NCBI RefSeq assembly: GCF_006345805.1
Contig: NC_043005.1
Coordinates: 37,510,001 to 37,574,000 of the forward strand
Reading direction: 5' to 3'
DNA from: Octopus sinensis
Lineage: Eukaryota
DNA: 64,000 nt
Numbering within the stretch: the stretch's first letter is position 1; the number at the start of each line of letters is the position of its first letter. Below are positions 41,813 to 55,178 of this stretch, piece by piece. The position numbers and the translations under genes are program-made. The notes under the pieces were generated by a model, which was given only the letters and a program-made list of their open reading frames with translations, was not told the DNA's origin and searched no databases.

Positions 41813-42544
41813 GGTGTTTGTGTGTATGTGTGTGCATAAATATATATATATATAATATATACATATTTACTTTTTACCTATATCCATTCATAATATACAT
41901 ACTAAGGTGGCGAGTGACTATACTCACTTATTCTTAGTTCCCCAACTGTCAAATTCTCTTCATACCAACAGAATCACAATAAGATGTTTTATAAAGCATT
42001 ATTCAACTAAAGTAGCTCTGCATGACAGAGAGGTTAAACGGAACCTGTGAACAAACAACAGATACACCAGAAACTATGTGTTTGAAACAAACATACCTGT
42101 GTCATCATACCACCTACTTCGGGGTACAGCCTTCAAGAGTTATTCCACAGCAAGATTATATGTTTTCAATTAGATAAATATACTTCAGTATTATTGAATT
42201 TGTTAGTTTTCTTGGTGTGGTGCGAGTTTCTGTTTTTTTCTTGTACTTTGCTAGCAGCCATATATCTGTGCTAGCAGATTATTCTTTCTTGATATTGAAT
42301 AAGATATAAACAGTCAGGGTGAGAAAAATATATTAGGTTCCATTAATGCTTAACTAAATTAGACTCGGTAAGCTTGAAATTTTTATCTTTTGCTTGTTAA
42401 CCTTGAATGCATTCTTGAGAAGTCATGTCTTGTTAATAATATTTTAAAAGGCGCCTATAATCATATATTTCTGGAAAAGATATATATACATACACATATA
42501 CATATATGTGTTAGTATATATATATTATATATATATATATATGT

Positions 42545-42970
42545 ATCTTTTACTAGTTTCAGTCATTAGATTGCAGCCATGCTGGGGCATTGCCTTGAGG
42601 AATTTTAGTTGAGCGAATTGATTCCAATACTTATTTTATTTTTAAGCCTATTGGTCTATTATATTGGTCTCTTTTGCTGAACCCCTAAGTTATGGGGATG
42701 TAAGCACACCAACACTGGTGAAGCAGTAGTATGGAACAGACACACCCACAGACATGCATGCACACACACACACAGACACATGCACACATACACAAACACA
42801 CACACATACACAACAGGCTTCTTTCAGTTTCTGTCTCTCAAATCCACTTGCAAAGCTTTGGTTGCCTCGAGGCCATAGTAGAAGACACTTGCCCAAGGTG
42901 CCACACAGTGGGGGTAAACCCTGGACCATGCGGTTGGGAAACAATCTTCTTACCACTCAGCCACACCTAC
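42545..42970 (-). mobile_element. tRNA-head SINE (family of 15316-15730)
   Basis: Homologous over head, body and tail. Confidence 0.8.
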
Positions 42971-43125
42971 ATCTATATGTTTGTGTGTGTGTGTGTGTGG
43001 TGTGTGTGTAGATTACTGTTTGTTTGATGTCACATTATGCATAAAAACAATTAACATTACAATGAAGATTTACTCAATACATTTTAGTTAAATACATAAT
43101 AAGTTTTAGTTAGAAGGAAAAGAGT

Positions 43126-43171
43126 GATAGTGACTTCGAAGTTTCAGATTGTCTCCATTCATCAGACTATC
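43126..43171 (-). ncRNA. Type I hammerhead ribozyme motif with palindromic stem III
   Basis: Minus: GATAGT-CTGATGA-AT-GGA-GACAA-TCT-GAAA-CTTCGAAG-TC-ACTATC. Six-bp stem I, intact CUGAUGA and GAAA, GUC triplet; stem II is short, with a 2-nt insertion. Confidence 0.65.
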
Positions 43172-43613
43172 TGATGAATCTGAGGAAGTCAAAATTTCGA
43201 AGTCACTGTCAGTGTTCTCCTTCCAAAAGTTTTTAAAAAAATATATTCTTTCATTCTTTTACTTGTTTCAGTCATTGGACTGTGTCCATGCTGGAGCACT
43301 TACCTAAAAAGATTTAATTAAAAATCATTATAATCAAAATAATTAAAATTCATTATAGTTAAAGCAGCTTCTTTTAGTATCATCTGTAGTGTACCATGAA
43401 GTCCCAAGCCTGCCTTTTTTTTAAATACCAGGTCAGGACATAAGATCATGACAAGCTGTTCACAAGTGTGACCCCCATAAGCCAGAGTGGCTGTTCCAGC
43501 TCATCTCCCTTGCCGTCTTCTGATGCATTGCCTTTTCCATTCTGCCCACTAGCAACATGGAGCAGTCTGAATTACAGGAGATTGTACATTCCACTCTTTA
43601 ATGTAATGATATT

Positions 43614-43651
<38 letters not shown>

Positions 43652-44306
43652 TCACACACACATATATATATGTACTAATTGAGGTATAAAATTACTGTTA
43701 ATAAGATGTCTGTTTATAGCCATGAAACATTTTTCATCAAATTTCGACATTTTTCAAAAATTTTAAATCCATATTAATGGGTAGGACCAATTTGATGAAA
43801 AAATGAGCAGAGTCTGGTTGTGAACCTGTGTTACTATCATTTTTGTGCATGTGCATAAAATGGTGAAATTTAACACTTTGGGGCAGATTTTGTCAAATTG
43901 ATGTCATGATGACTAGTGTGCAAAATGCCTAAATTTTGCTTGAGAAATAAAATGGTCTTACCTAATGAAAACCTGAAATGCTGGGGAATTAAAACAAGGA
44001 ATTGAAATTAGTTTTAGCAAATCAGAACAATTCACATTGAAATGCAGAATTAGCAAATGCTCAATAGATTACCATTAATAAGCTGTCTGTTTATACCCAT
44101 GAAACATTTTTTGCCAAATTTCAGCATATATATATATATATATATGTGTGTATATATATATATATATATGCATGTGTGTATGTATTTAAGTATACACATA
44201 TGCAAGCATGCATAGATGTATGTTTACTTGTGTGTATGTACTTATGTATACACACATGTAAGCATGCCTCAGTGTATGCATGTAAGTGTGTGTGTGTGTG
44301 TGCATA

Positions 44307-44353
<47 letters not shown>

Positions 44354-45504
44354 ATGAAGAAAGGAAGGAAGGATTTTAAGTCCATATGTCATTATGCAAT
44401 GGATTTCTGACATTTCAGACAAAGCCTTTAGTGGAAGAGAAAACAAGTTTTTCTTTGCCTTTATTCTAAGAATCTGTAGAGATGGGAAAGAATTAATTTC
44501 AGGAAAAAATAAAGAATTAGTTTCTGCAAATGTGTGGTGGGCGATTGTTGTAAGAGAAAAAAAAATGAAGAGAATTTTGGAGAGAGTGAGGTTGGAGGTT
44601 GGGATTAACGAAGAATGAAAAGGAAAAGAGTGTATGATTATTGATCTGTTGAAGGTTGGGATGTTTTCCTATTTTGTGGGAGCTGATTATAATTTGTAAA
44701 CAACTTGCAAAAAAATAACAGTAGGCGTATTCATGTCTGTACAGACATGTCGGATACAAATTGTGGAAATTAGTCTGAATTCTTTCCATATAAATATGTA
44801 TGCGTGTTTCCTATCCAAAAGGCTTTTCAACTTTATATTTACATAATTTATAGCATTTATGTACTTTGAGATCCAGTTCTAAAAATTATTAATTTCATGT
44901 TCTCTCAAATGTTTATAAGTTCTTGTGATTCCAACAATCTAAGCGCAAACACAACACACACATGCACACATATGTATGTATATATGTACAATTTATCAGT
45001 TTGTTGTCCATAAATCATAAAAAAGAAATACACTCATTATCAGTAATACAGTAGTTGTATTTTTACATTTCATTGAATATACTCCTGGTTATATAACTTG
45101 TTAGAATGCTACCATTGCTTTCATGCTGACTATTGCATTTAGACATTTGTTCATCTCAAGTATTTGCCTTACCATATACAATTTACATTTATTATTCTTT
45201 TTTTTTTTTGGCAATATTATTTCTATTGATGTCAACTTGAAATAGTAGAATTGCTAAAATTTTGGAAAAATTATTTGCAGTATGTCTAGCTTTTTTGAGC
45301 AAGAAGAAATGTGAACTTGTAGGACTAAATGCCATATGATATTTCTTCTTATATACAGAGTTCAAATTTGACCATGGTCAACTTTGTCTTTTATCCCTCC
45401 GGGGTTGATAAAATTAAGTACCAATCAAGTAGTAGTGGTGATGGTATCAATTAATCCTTTCCCCTCAAAACTGCTGGCCTTGTGCCAAAATTTGAAACCA
45501 TTAT

Positions 45505-46050
45505 TATTGAGTGAGATAGCAGCATATGCAAAGTGACACTGGTGTACATATGTACAAAGCCCATACACCCCTCATGATTACACATCTGACTACACTAGAC
45601 ACATGCATCACAACCATAAGTGCGTGACATGGTGATCTCTTATCAAGATAAACAGTGCATGACCTTGCAGGTGGGGCCCAGCTAGAATTTTCTTCAAGTT
45701 GGGTAGCCCATCCTGTTGAAAAGGTTCCTGAATAAGGGTCGTTTAAGGATGTTGAATGAAGCATCCATCTTTCCAGAGGCAAATTATTCAGATACCAAAG
45801 AATTCCTCTCAACATGACTATGATTCTCCTCAACTACTTCTGCCCATGATCAGAGATGCACATATTGTCAGCCACCAAGGAACATGCTCAACTGATTATA
45901 GTCAAACAACTAACCAGTAAATCTGTGGTATTGAGCAGAATATCTACTGTAACCCATCTTTTACACCAAGACAAAACTTGTACATGATAACACTTCCAAT
46001 CAGTTAAGATCAGAAGCCATGAGAGCCACTGCCTGGTACTGCATCAGGGC
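45505..46050 (-). mobile_element. Interspersed repeat, probable LINE 3' UTR or SINE ending in (AAT)n
   Basis: GC-richer ~550-bp block ending ...CTCACTCAATAATAAT on minus; resembles a repeat I associate with octopus DNA; single copy in this window. Confidence 0.4.
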
Positions 46051-47499
46051 ATTTCTTCTTATAATACTTATTATTTCTATTGAAGGTGGCAAGCTGGCAG
46101 AATCATTAGCATACTGGACGAAATGCTTAGTGGTTTTTCACACATTCCTATATTGTGAGTTCAAATTCTGCCAATGTTGACTTTGCCTTTCATCATTTTG
46201 GGATTGGTAAATTAAGTACCAGTGAAGCACTGGGGTTGATGTAATTGATTAGTCCCCTCCCACAAAATTTCAGGCTTTGTGCTTATAGCAAAAAGGGTTA
46301 TTGTTGTTGTTGCTGGTTTTGTTGTTATAAACTACCTGTGATCTGGCAGATTTGTTAGGACATTGGACAAAATGCTTAGTGAAATTCTTTCCAGCTCTCT
46401 AGAATCAGATTTGAAATCCTGATAAAAGGTCAACTTTGACTTTCAACATTTCAAGGTCAGTAACATACCATTAGAGAACTGGGGGTGGGAGTGGGTGGGC
46501 ATATAATTGACTCCCCCCCCCCGAATATCAGGCTTTGTACCTGTAGTAGACAGAAATATTTCTTTTTTTTTCCTTCCTTATCATCAACAACCTCCTTCAC
46601 TGTGGCATCATCAACATAGTTGTCATCAATATCATCAACATTATCATCATCATCATCATGATCACATTCGTGCTTATGATGATGATGATGATCATCATCA
46701 TCATCATCATCATCAATAAATTCTTTTCTTTCGGGGAAAAATTTTCATTTCACAACCATTTATATCATTATCTATTGTAAAACCATCAAATCTTCAGTTC
46801 TCTTTTATTCTGTAAAAAAATCTATTATCTTTTTATTTCCTTATTTTTTCTTTTCATCTGATGCTGTTAAAATATTTAATATTCTCTATTCTCATAACTT
46901 CCTCGTACTTTTGTCGTTGGCTTATTTTTTAAATTCTATTTTATATCTTCATTTTATGAAATTTACATTATTTATATTTTATGTTTTCATTTTGTTCTTT
47001 ACATTATTTATTTTACATTCTCTTTAGTTCAGTTTTATGTTACTTTTCCTTTGTTAGTTTTGCACTTATAGTCCCACCACCCTCCCCTTCTACCTCCTTC
47101 TCCTCATCCTCTTCAGCATCATCATCATTATAACCTTAACCCATACTCACCATCATCTTAATCACCATTTTCTTCCTTCTCCTCCTCCTCATAATCATCA
47201 TCACTATCCTCCTCATCATCATTATCATGAGCAACATCATCATCATCATCTTGTTCTCTTCCTCCTCACCAACATCATCAAGGTGATAAGCTGATAAAAT
47301 CATTAGAGTTTTGGGGAAATAAAGCTTTGTTATTTGCCTCAGCTCATTATGCTCTGACTTCAAGTCTTGTGGAGGTCAGCTTAGCCTCTCAGCTTTTCAG
47401 AGTTGATGAAAACAAAATACCAATCAAGTACTGAATTGATGTTATCAACCAATCACCTTTCTTCAAAATAATTGTTCTTGTGCATAAAATAGAAAACAA

Positions 47500-47592
47500 T
47501 TCTTCTTCTTCTTCTTCTTCTTCTTCTTCTTCTTCTTCTCCTCTTCCTCCTCCTCTTCCTCCTCCTCCTCCTCCTCCTCCTCTTCCTCCTCC
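47500..47592. repeat. (TTC)n-(TCC)n compound microsatellite
   Basis: Directly visible. Confidence 0.95.
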
Positions 47593-48565
47593 ATGCACAG
47601 TTCAAAATGCAGCTCAAGTCATCTTTGCTGTTCATCTCTGTGAGGTCGAACACTGGATTCAATGTGTTCAAATAGTCCCCACCCTCACCCTAAAAAAAAA
47701 ATCAAGTCCTGTGCTTATAGTAGAAAGAGTTATTATTTCACCTACCACTACATTCTGAGTTCAGATTCTGCCAGTGTTGACTTTGCTTTTCATCTTTTTG
47801 GGGGTCATTAATATAAGTACCAGTTGAGTACTGGGGTTGATGTAATCAACTATCATCCTCCTCCAAATTTCAAGACTTTTGCCTATAGTAGAAAGGATTA
47901 TTACAGCTGTCCTTGTCCCAAAATTTGAAACTATTGTTATTCTTTTCTTACTGATATTATTATTAGAGCTTAACTATCAACAGCTGTAAAATTAGCAGAG
48001 AGTAACAGTAAATTGAGTTTCTGCTAATGTTTATCTCTTTTCACCTTCATGTGCTTTAAGTGTTAGAAGCAATATCTGATTAAGATTATTTAGCATTAGG
48101 TTTCAGTTAGGCATGAATATTACAACATCACCATTCCCTTTAAATAAAAACATCATTTCCTTTAAATAAAATACAAATAGTTTTATGTCCAAAAGCTAAC
48201 AAATTGCATAATTGTTCTGATCTTCTTAAAATACGTACTGAGTGTCTACATGTGTGTTTGTGTGTGTGTATATATATATACTTTATAAGTAAAATTGCAA
48301 AGACATCACAAAAATTTTTACTCAGAGTTTCATGTTCCCATTCGTTGGACAGTTTTGTACTCTACCTCTGGTATTTGAGTACTATTTTTCCACCTTGTTT
48401 CACATTTATATGCTTGCGCTGGTATACATTTATATATATATACATACCACTACATGTATGTATGTCTGCTTATATGTCTCTCTCTCTCTCTCTATGTATA
48501 TATATACATATACATACATGCATCAATACACACATCCACACACACATATAAACACCAAAATAGAT

Positions 48566-49871
48566 TCCATCACATGCCAGGGGGAAAACTAGAAGTAGCC
48601 AATAGTTTCCATTACCAAGGCAACCATTTCAGTAGCAGGAGTGGATGCTCTGAGAGCATAGCTGCTAGAATAAGAATAGGCTGGTTAAAGTCCAGAGAGC
48701 TCCTACTTCTGTTTGTAACAAAGGGCCTCTCGCTCAGAGTGAAAGGTAGAATGTATGATGCCTGTATGCAAACAGCCATGCTACACAGCAGTGAAACATG
48801 GGCTGTGACTGCTGGGGACATGCATAGGCTTGAAAGAAATGAAGCTAGTATGCTCCACTGCATGTGTAATATCAGTGTGGATGCAAAACAGGGTGTAAGT
48901 GTCCTGAGAGAAAAGTTGGACATCAGAAGCATCAGATGTGGTGTGTGAGAGAGACAATTGTACTGGTATAGTCATGTGATGCATATGAATGAGGACAGCT
49001 GTGTGAAGAAGTGTTGCACTCTATTGGTGGAGGGAACCTGTGGAAGAGGTAGACCCAAGAAGACATGGGACAAGGTGGTGAAGCATGATCTCTGAATGTT
49101 GGGCCTCACAGTAGCAATGACAAGTGACCGAGACCTTTGACGATATGCCATGCTTGAGAAAACCTATCAAGCCAAGTCAGATCATAGTCATGGCCAATGC
49201 CAGTGTCACTTAACTGGCCCTTTGAAAGCACCCTGCAATCGTAGGGTAATATGCTGTGCTTGTGAAAACCTGTTGAACCGAGTGAAATCATAGTCATGGA
49301 CGATGCCAGTGCTGTTTGACTGGCACCTATACTGCTGGCACGTAAAAAGCACATTTCATGCATTGGGCCTCATGGAGGCAATGATACCAATCCCAGTGAG
49401 ATCATAGTTGTATCTGATGCCATTGTCATGTAACTGGCTTGTTAAAAGCATCCTTCAATTGCTGGGTGATATGCTGTGATTGTGAATACTTGTTGAACTG
49501 AGTGAAATAGTTTTAGTCAGTACCGTCAGACTGGCACCTCTGCTGGTGGCACATAAAAAACACCATTCAAGTATTGGGTCTCATGATGGCAGTGACAGGT
49601 GACCAAGACACTTGGTGATATACTATGCCTGTCAAGTGAAGTGATATGGTAGTCATGGCTCATGCCAATGTCAGGTAACTGACACCCATGCTGGTGGAAT
49701 GTAAAAAGCACTCACTACACACTTGGAGTGGCTGGAGTTATGAAGGGCATCTGGCCATAGAAACCTTGCTAAATCAGATTGGAACCTGGTGTAGCCTCCC
49801 GACTTACCAGTTTTCAGTCAAACCACCCATCCTATGCCAGTGTGGAAAGCAGACCTTAAACGATGATGATG

Positions 49872-49872
<1 letters not shown>
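48566..49872 (+). mobile_element. RTE-clade LINE, 5'-truncated: ORF C-terminus plus 3' UTR and (GAT)n tail
   Basis: Translates to ...CSESIAARIRIGWLKSRELLLLFVTKGLSLRVKGRMYDACMQTAMLHSSETWAV...RLERNEASML...WYSHVMHMNEDSCVKKC...GRGRPKKTWDKVV, with stops. Confidence 0.9.
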
Positions 49873-49903
<31 letters not shown>

Positions 49904-49960
49904 ATCAATACATATATATATATATATACATATATAACTCAATGTGTTTGTGTGTATGAG

Positions 49961-49993
<33 letters not shown>

Positions 49994-50039
49994 CCACGCA
50001 CGCATAAAGACCTACATTGTAAATCTAAAATCAACTCTT

Positions 50040-50100
<61 letters not shown>

Positions 50101-50101
50101 G

Positions 50102-50176
<75 letters not shown>

Positions 50177-50589
50177 TGCACATACATACTTTTATATATT
50201 TACTTACATATATATGTGTTTGTGTGTGTGTGTATGTGTATCTCAAATCGTTCATATAGACATACAGCTGAAACCACAAATTCAAACTTTAAAGATATTG
50301 AAATTATCGATTAAAATTGTTGTTACTTTGAAAAATAAGCCTAAAAGTACAAAAACAAAAATATCAAATATAGAGTAATATAATTATAAAAAATATTACA
50401 CTAAAATGAAAAGAAAGATAAGAAAAAAAAGAACATTTTGTTTTTCTAAAAGGTGAAGAGAATTTCATTTAAGATATGGTTCCAGACCACACACACTCTC
50501 TCTCTTTTTCTTTGCATTCTCTCTATCACTCTCTCTTGATGCTATCACTGAACTGCTCCTCTTTCTCTCTTTCATGATTTTGATCATAG

Positions 50590-50944
50590 ATATGCTTCTA
50601 TTTATTGTTATATAATGTATAAAAATATCTGTATGCGTATCTCATAACTGTATAGAACTGGTGCACATACACACACACACACACACACACATATGAACGA
50701 CTGTATATGTGTGTGTATATAAAAATATGGATATTTTATATATGTATATATATATATATATATAAGTATATATATAGATATATGTATGTATATAAACATA
50801 TATGTACATATAAACTTATCTACATATATATGTTTGTGTATATATATCTATATGTAATATATATGTATATATATGTGTATATATATGTGTATATATATAT
50901 ATAAGTATATTTATAAATATATGTATGTATATAAACATATATGT

Positions 50945-50988
<44 letters not shown>

Positions 50989-51469
50989 AATATATATGTA
51001 TGTATATATCTATCTGTGTATCTATTTATCTATCTATCTATCTATCTATATATATATATAATACATATCATACACACACACACACATATATACAGTGGTG
51101 TGTGTGTCTCTTTCTTCACATAGTATGATAGTTGTAATCAAGCTTCACCATCATGCAAATGGTGGTACTCATTTCCAATCTCCCATGAAAACATGACTTG
51201 CCATAGGGAAATGCGAGGAAGTATTACCTTACTCGGAAATATAGGAGGGCTGGAAACAGGAAAGAGAACTAACTGCAGAAAATCTTCATTGAATTTGATC
51301 TGGCTCTTGCATGTAGGCAAATGCCACCTTCGCAATAACAATATTGTGTGCGCGTGTGTCTGTGCGGGTATATGTGTGTGTATGATGCTTACATATATGT
51401 ACACATGCCTATATATATGTATACATACACATACAAAAAAATATATACATATAATCATATATATACATG

Positions 51470-51539
<70 letters not shown>

Positions 51540-51882
51540 TGTATGTATATATATATATATTATGTATATATGTACATATGTATACATGTATGTATATGTA
51601 TATGTATGTATATATACACACATATGTATATAAATGTATAAATATATGTATATATACATATGTATAGATATATATAAATATGTATAAATATACATATGTA
51701 TATATATATATGTGTGTGTGTGTATATATATATATGTATAAATATACATATATATATGTATATATATATATATGTGTGTGTATATTTATATGTATAAATA
51801 TACATATGTATATATATGTGTGTGTGTATATATATATATATATACATATTGTTTTATATATATCTTCATATATGTGTGTGTG

Positions 51883-51919
<37 letters not shown>

Positions 51920-52587
51920 GTATATATAGCTATATATTGTTTTTCTGTAGTTTCAGCTCAGAGCTGCAGCCATGCTGATACACCGCTGTTTTGCTACACT
52001 GTTATTACTGAGAGCCTCCTCCAATATGCGGCATTTGGTGACAAATGAAGTTTGATGTAGCTACCCTCACTTGTACCTCTTGCCGTGAGGTAGGTTCATC
52101 TGAGACTCTTGACAGGAAAAAGTCCAGCTTTGATTTTAAAATGCCTACTTTTACATTGTGCAGGTTCCTCAGGCTTTTTGAGAAAATATTAAAAAGCTGT
52201 GGGTCCCTGAAACCCAGCCTCTTACAGTAACTGGTCCTGTAGTGCGATGGCAATGCTGGGATTTATGGCACTATGTTTTGTCATCCCATTCTGGCATTGG
52301 TGTACCTTTCAAATGCCAAACTTTGGCACAATTCCTTCTATGTATGTGTGTGAACAAGCTAGAAAACACAACAATGAAAGGTCGTGGAATAAGTACAGTG
52401 GTATTGGGCGCTGAGGAAAAGAAAGAAAATATAGTGGATTTCACGTTTTGAGCGGAACTCTTAATAAGAAATATAGAAAAATTCTAAAGAATGGAAGACG
52501 GAGAAAGATAGTCGCTAATGATACACACACGGTCTCATGTATGCATATATGTATATTTTGATAGATTTATATAAGCATGTATGTGTG

Positions 52588-52646
<59 letters not shown>

Positions 52647-52662
52647 CATATTTATATATATT

Positions 52663-52699
<37 letters not shown>

Positions 52700-52794
52700 T
52701 TATATATATTTGTATATATATATATATATAATATATATATATATATTATGTATATATACATATATATATATACATACATACATACATACATACA

Positions 52795-52827
<33 letters not shown>

Positions 52828-53382
52828 GTCGAGCAGGAGGGAGACATGCACACACACTGAACCCATACATGCATATATATGATTGATATTTATTGTTCAA
52901 AATTTCCGTTAAAAAACGAAAAGATATTTTCTGGTGAAAAAAATTAGTCTATTATGATAGTGAAAATAAAAACTGTTTACTCTTTCAGGACTAGGAATAT
53001 TGCTTTTTAAACACTTGAATTTATATTAGTGAAACAATTTTGTTTTTAAATTTTCTCTGTTTTTCAACAGTTATGAAAAGATAGTTATATTAAGTTTGTA
53101 ATACCACAATATAACCAGGGTACTCTGTTGACATTTGCATGATATTGAAGACTAAATCCACAGATTCACATAGATATGTGCATGCATACTATGTAGATAT
53201 GGATGTCTGTGTGTGTGTGTACATATGTGTGTGTATAAATACAGACAGACATGCACACTCAGCAGAATTACGTATCTATGTATTTAATTACATATTATCA
53301 AGTACATATGTGAGCTGTCTATATATATATATATATGTATACAAACACATATATACATATATGTACAGACATATATGCATAC

Positions 53383-53413
<31 letters not shown>

Positions 53414-53574
53414 GCACACATATATGCACACATATATGCACATATATGTAAATGTGTGTATGTTTGTGTATATATAGATTTATGTATATGTATATATATA
53501 TATACAGAATATATATAATGTGCAGAAAAATGTGTGAGTGTACATAAGAATATTTATATAAATGTGAATATGCC

Positions 53575-53635
<61 letters not shown>

Positions 53636-53720
53636 AGAGCAATGTAAGTATATGTGTATGTATATCTCACTATAAATAAATACACACACACATAACACAC
53701 ATATACATACATGCACATAA
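50590..53720. repeat. ~3-kb zone dominated by (TA)n/(TATG)n/(CA)n arrays, interrupted by TE fragments
   Basis: Directly visible; explains the many Y/I/M/C/V-rich ORFs. Confidence 0.9.
52010..52330 (-). mobile_element. CR1-group LINE ORF2 C-terminal fragment
   Basis: LGFRDPQLFNIFSKSLRNLHNVKVGILKSKLDFFLSRVSDEPT...ATSNFICHQ resembles the RGPxLFNxLPxxIRN...FKxxLDxxLxxVPDEP...SNS end of CR1-like ORF2. Confidence 0.7.
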
Positions 53721-54046
53721 TCACAGATATATTGTTTTTCTGCACGTTGTGCAGCATGATATCATGCTTAGAATTTACTTTCTTATTAGATAACACAAGT
53801 GATTGATCAAAGTTATTGCTGCATGAATTTCCCAAGAAAAATCTCGAATTGCTTGCAAAGCTGACAAGATAAAGAGTAATGTGTATATTCATTTCAGTAT
53901 CTTTGATGTCCAGGATTATTTTGAAGGGGAAAACATTAGTCAATAGATATTCATATCAGCTTTTGGATTTGTATTTCATTGATTTCAGATATCGCTTTAG
54001 TGCTTTACGTACTAACATTTACCGGTTCTATGTATATTGAGGAGGA

Positions 54047-54058
54047 ATAATAATAACG

Positions 54059-54118
<60 letters not shown>

Positions 54119-54247
54119 TCATCATCATCATCCTCATTATTATTATTATTATTATAATAATAATATAATAATAATAATAATAATAATAATATCATCATCA
54201 TCATCCTCATTATTATTATTATTATTATAATAATAATAATAATAATA

Positions 54248-54287
<40 letters not shown>

Positions 54288-54292
54288 TATTA

Positions 54293-54330
<38 letters not shown>
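54047..54330. repeat. Compound (AAT)n/(ATC)n/(ATT)n array with an internal duplication
   Basis: Alternating complementary trinucleotide blocks; the ATCATCATCATCATCCTCATT spacer occurs twice. Confidence 0.9.
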
Positions 54331-54331
<1 letters not shown>

Positions 54332-54540
54332 GTGTTTTTGTTTAATGGTAATATTCAAACACACACACAGACACACGTTTGTGTCTAATTGTGTATAACT
54401 GAATTAAACTTTTTCACATAATACATTTATACATTCTTACATATATTTTGTATATGTGTGTGTGTGTGTGTGTGTATATGCACATATATATTGAAGGAGA
54501 AAGCGATATGCACACACTTACACATATATGTGTATATGTG

Positions 54541-54590
<50 letters not shown>

Positions 54591-55141
54591 TTATATAGAT
54601 GTGTACATGAACATATGTTTATATGTGTGTAATCTGGAGACATTTCAATATGAAAATAAAGTGAGTTATCAGATAGTAATTGAGGAATAGGCTATATAAA
54701 GAAATAAGTGTAATAGGTGAGGAAGTGGATACTACACCTGCAAAGTCAAATGTTCCAGGAAAAAGTAGAATATAAGGCCAAGATTGTAAATTTAAAGTCA
54801 ATTTTTTTTCTTTCTTATGCTAAAATCCAAGACATTTAATTGAATGGCCCCAATCTACCTACAATTATGCATATAATTAAATCTTCTCTTATCTGAAAGT
54901 CAAAATATCTCACCATTCTTTCTTTTTCCATCAATGCCTTGTATCCTAATTTATGTCCTGAAAATCTGATGAGCATACAATAGAATCCACACTCCCCAAC
55001 TCTAATTTATTTATCACTTATTTTTAAAAAATTCTTTATTCCTGCCAGTGCCTCTAACACCCTTACATCGTCTATTTTATTGTACATGTTAACAAATCAT
55101 ACTTGCTGACCTAATTATACAGAATTCCTCCTGGCTCTGTC

Positions 55142-55177
<36 letters not shown>

Positions 55178-55178
<1 letters not shown>

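Noticed and set aside
43430-43590. GC-richer segment, possible exon or R4/Dong LINE scrap
   Set aside because: Stops in all frames within about 40 codons; only a vague motif resemblance.
44400-44810. Possible Penelope ORF remnant and an 18-bp perfect palindrome (44732-44749)
   Set aside because: Similarity is too faint to call by eye; one short palindrome in 64 kb of repeat-rich DNA is not persuasive.
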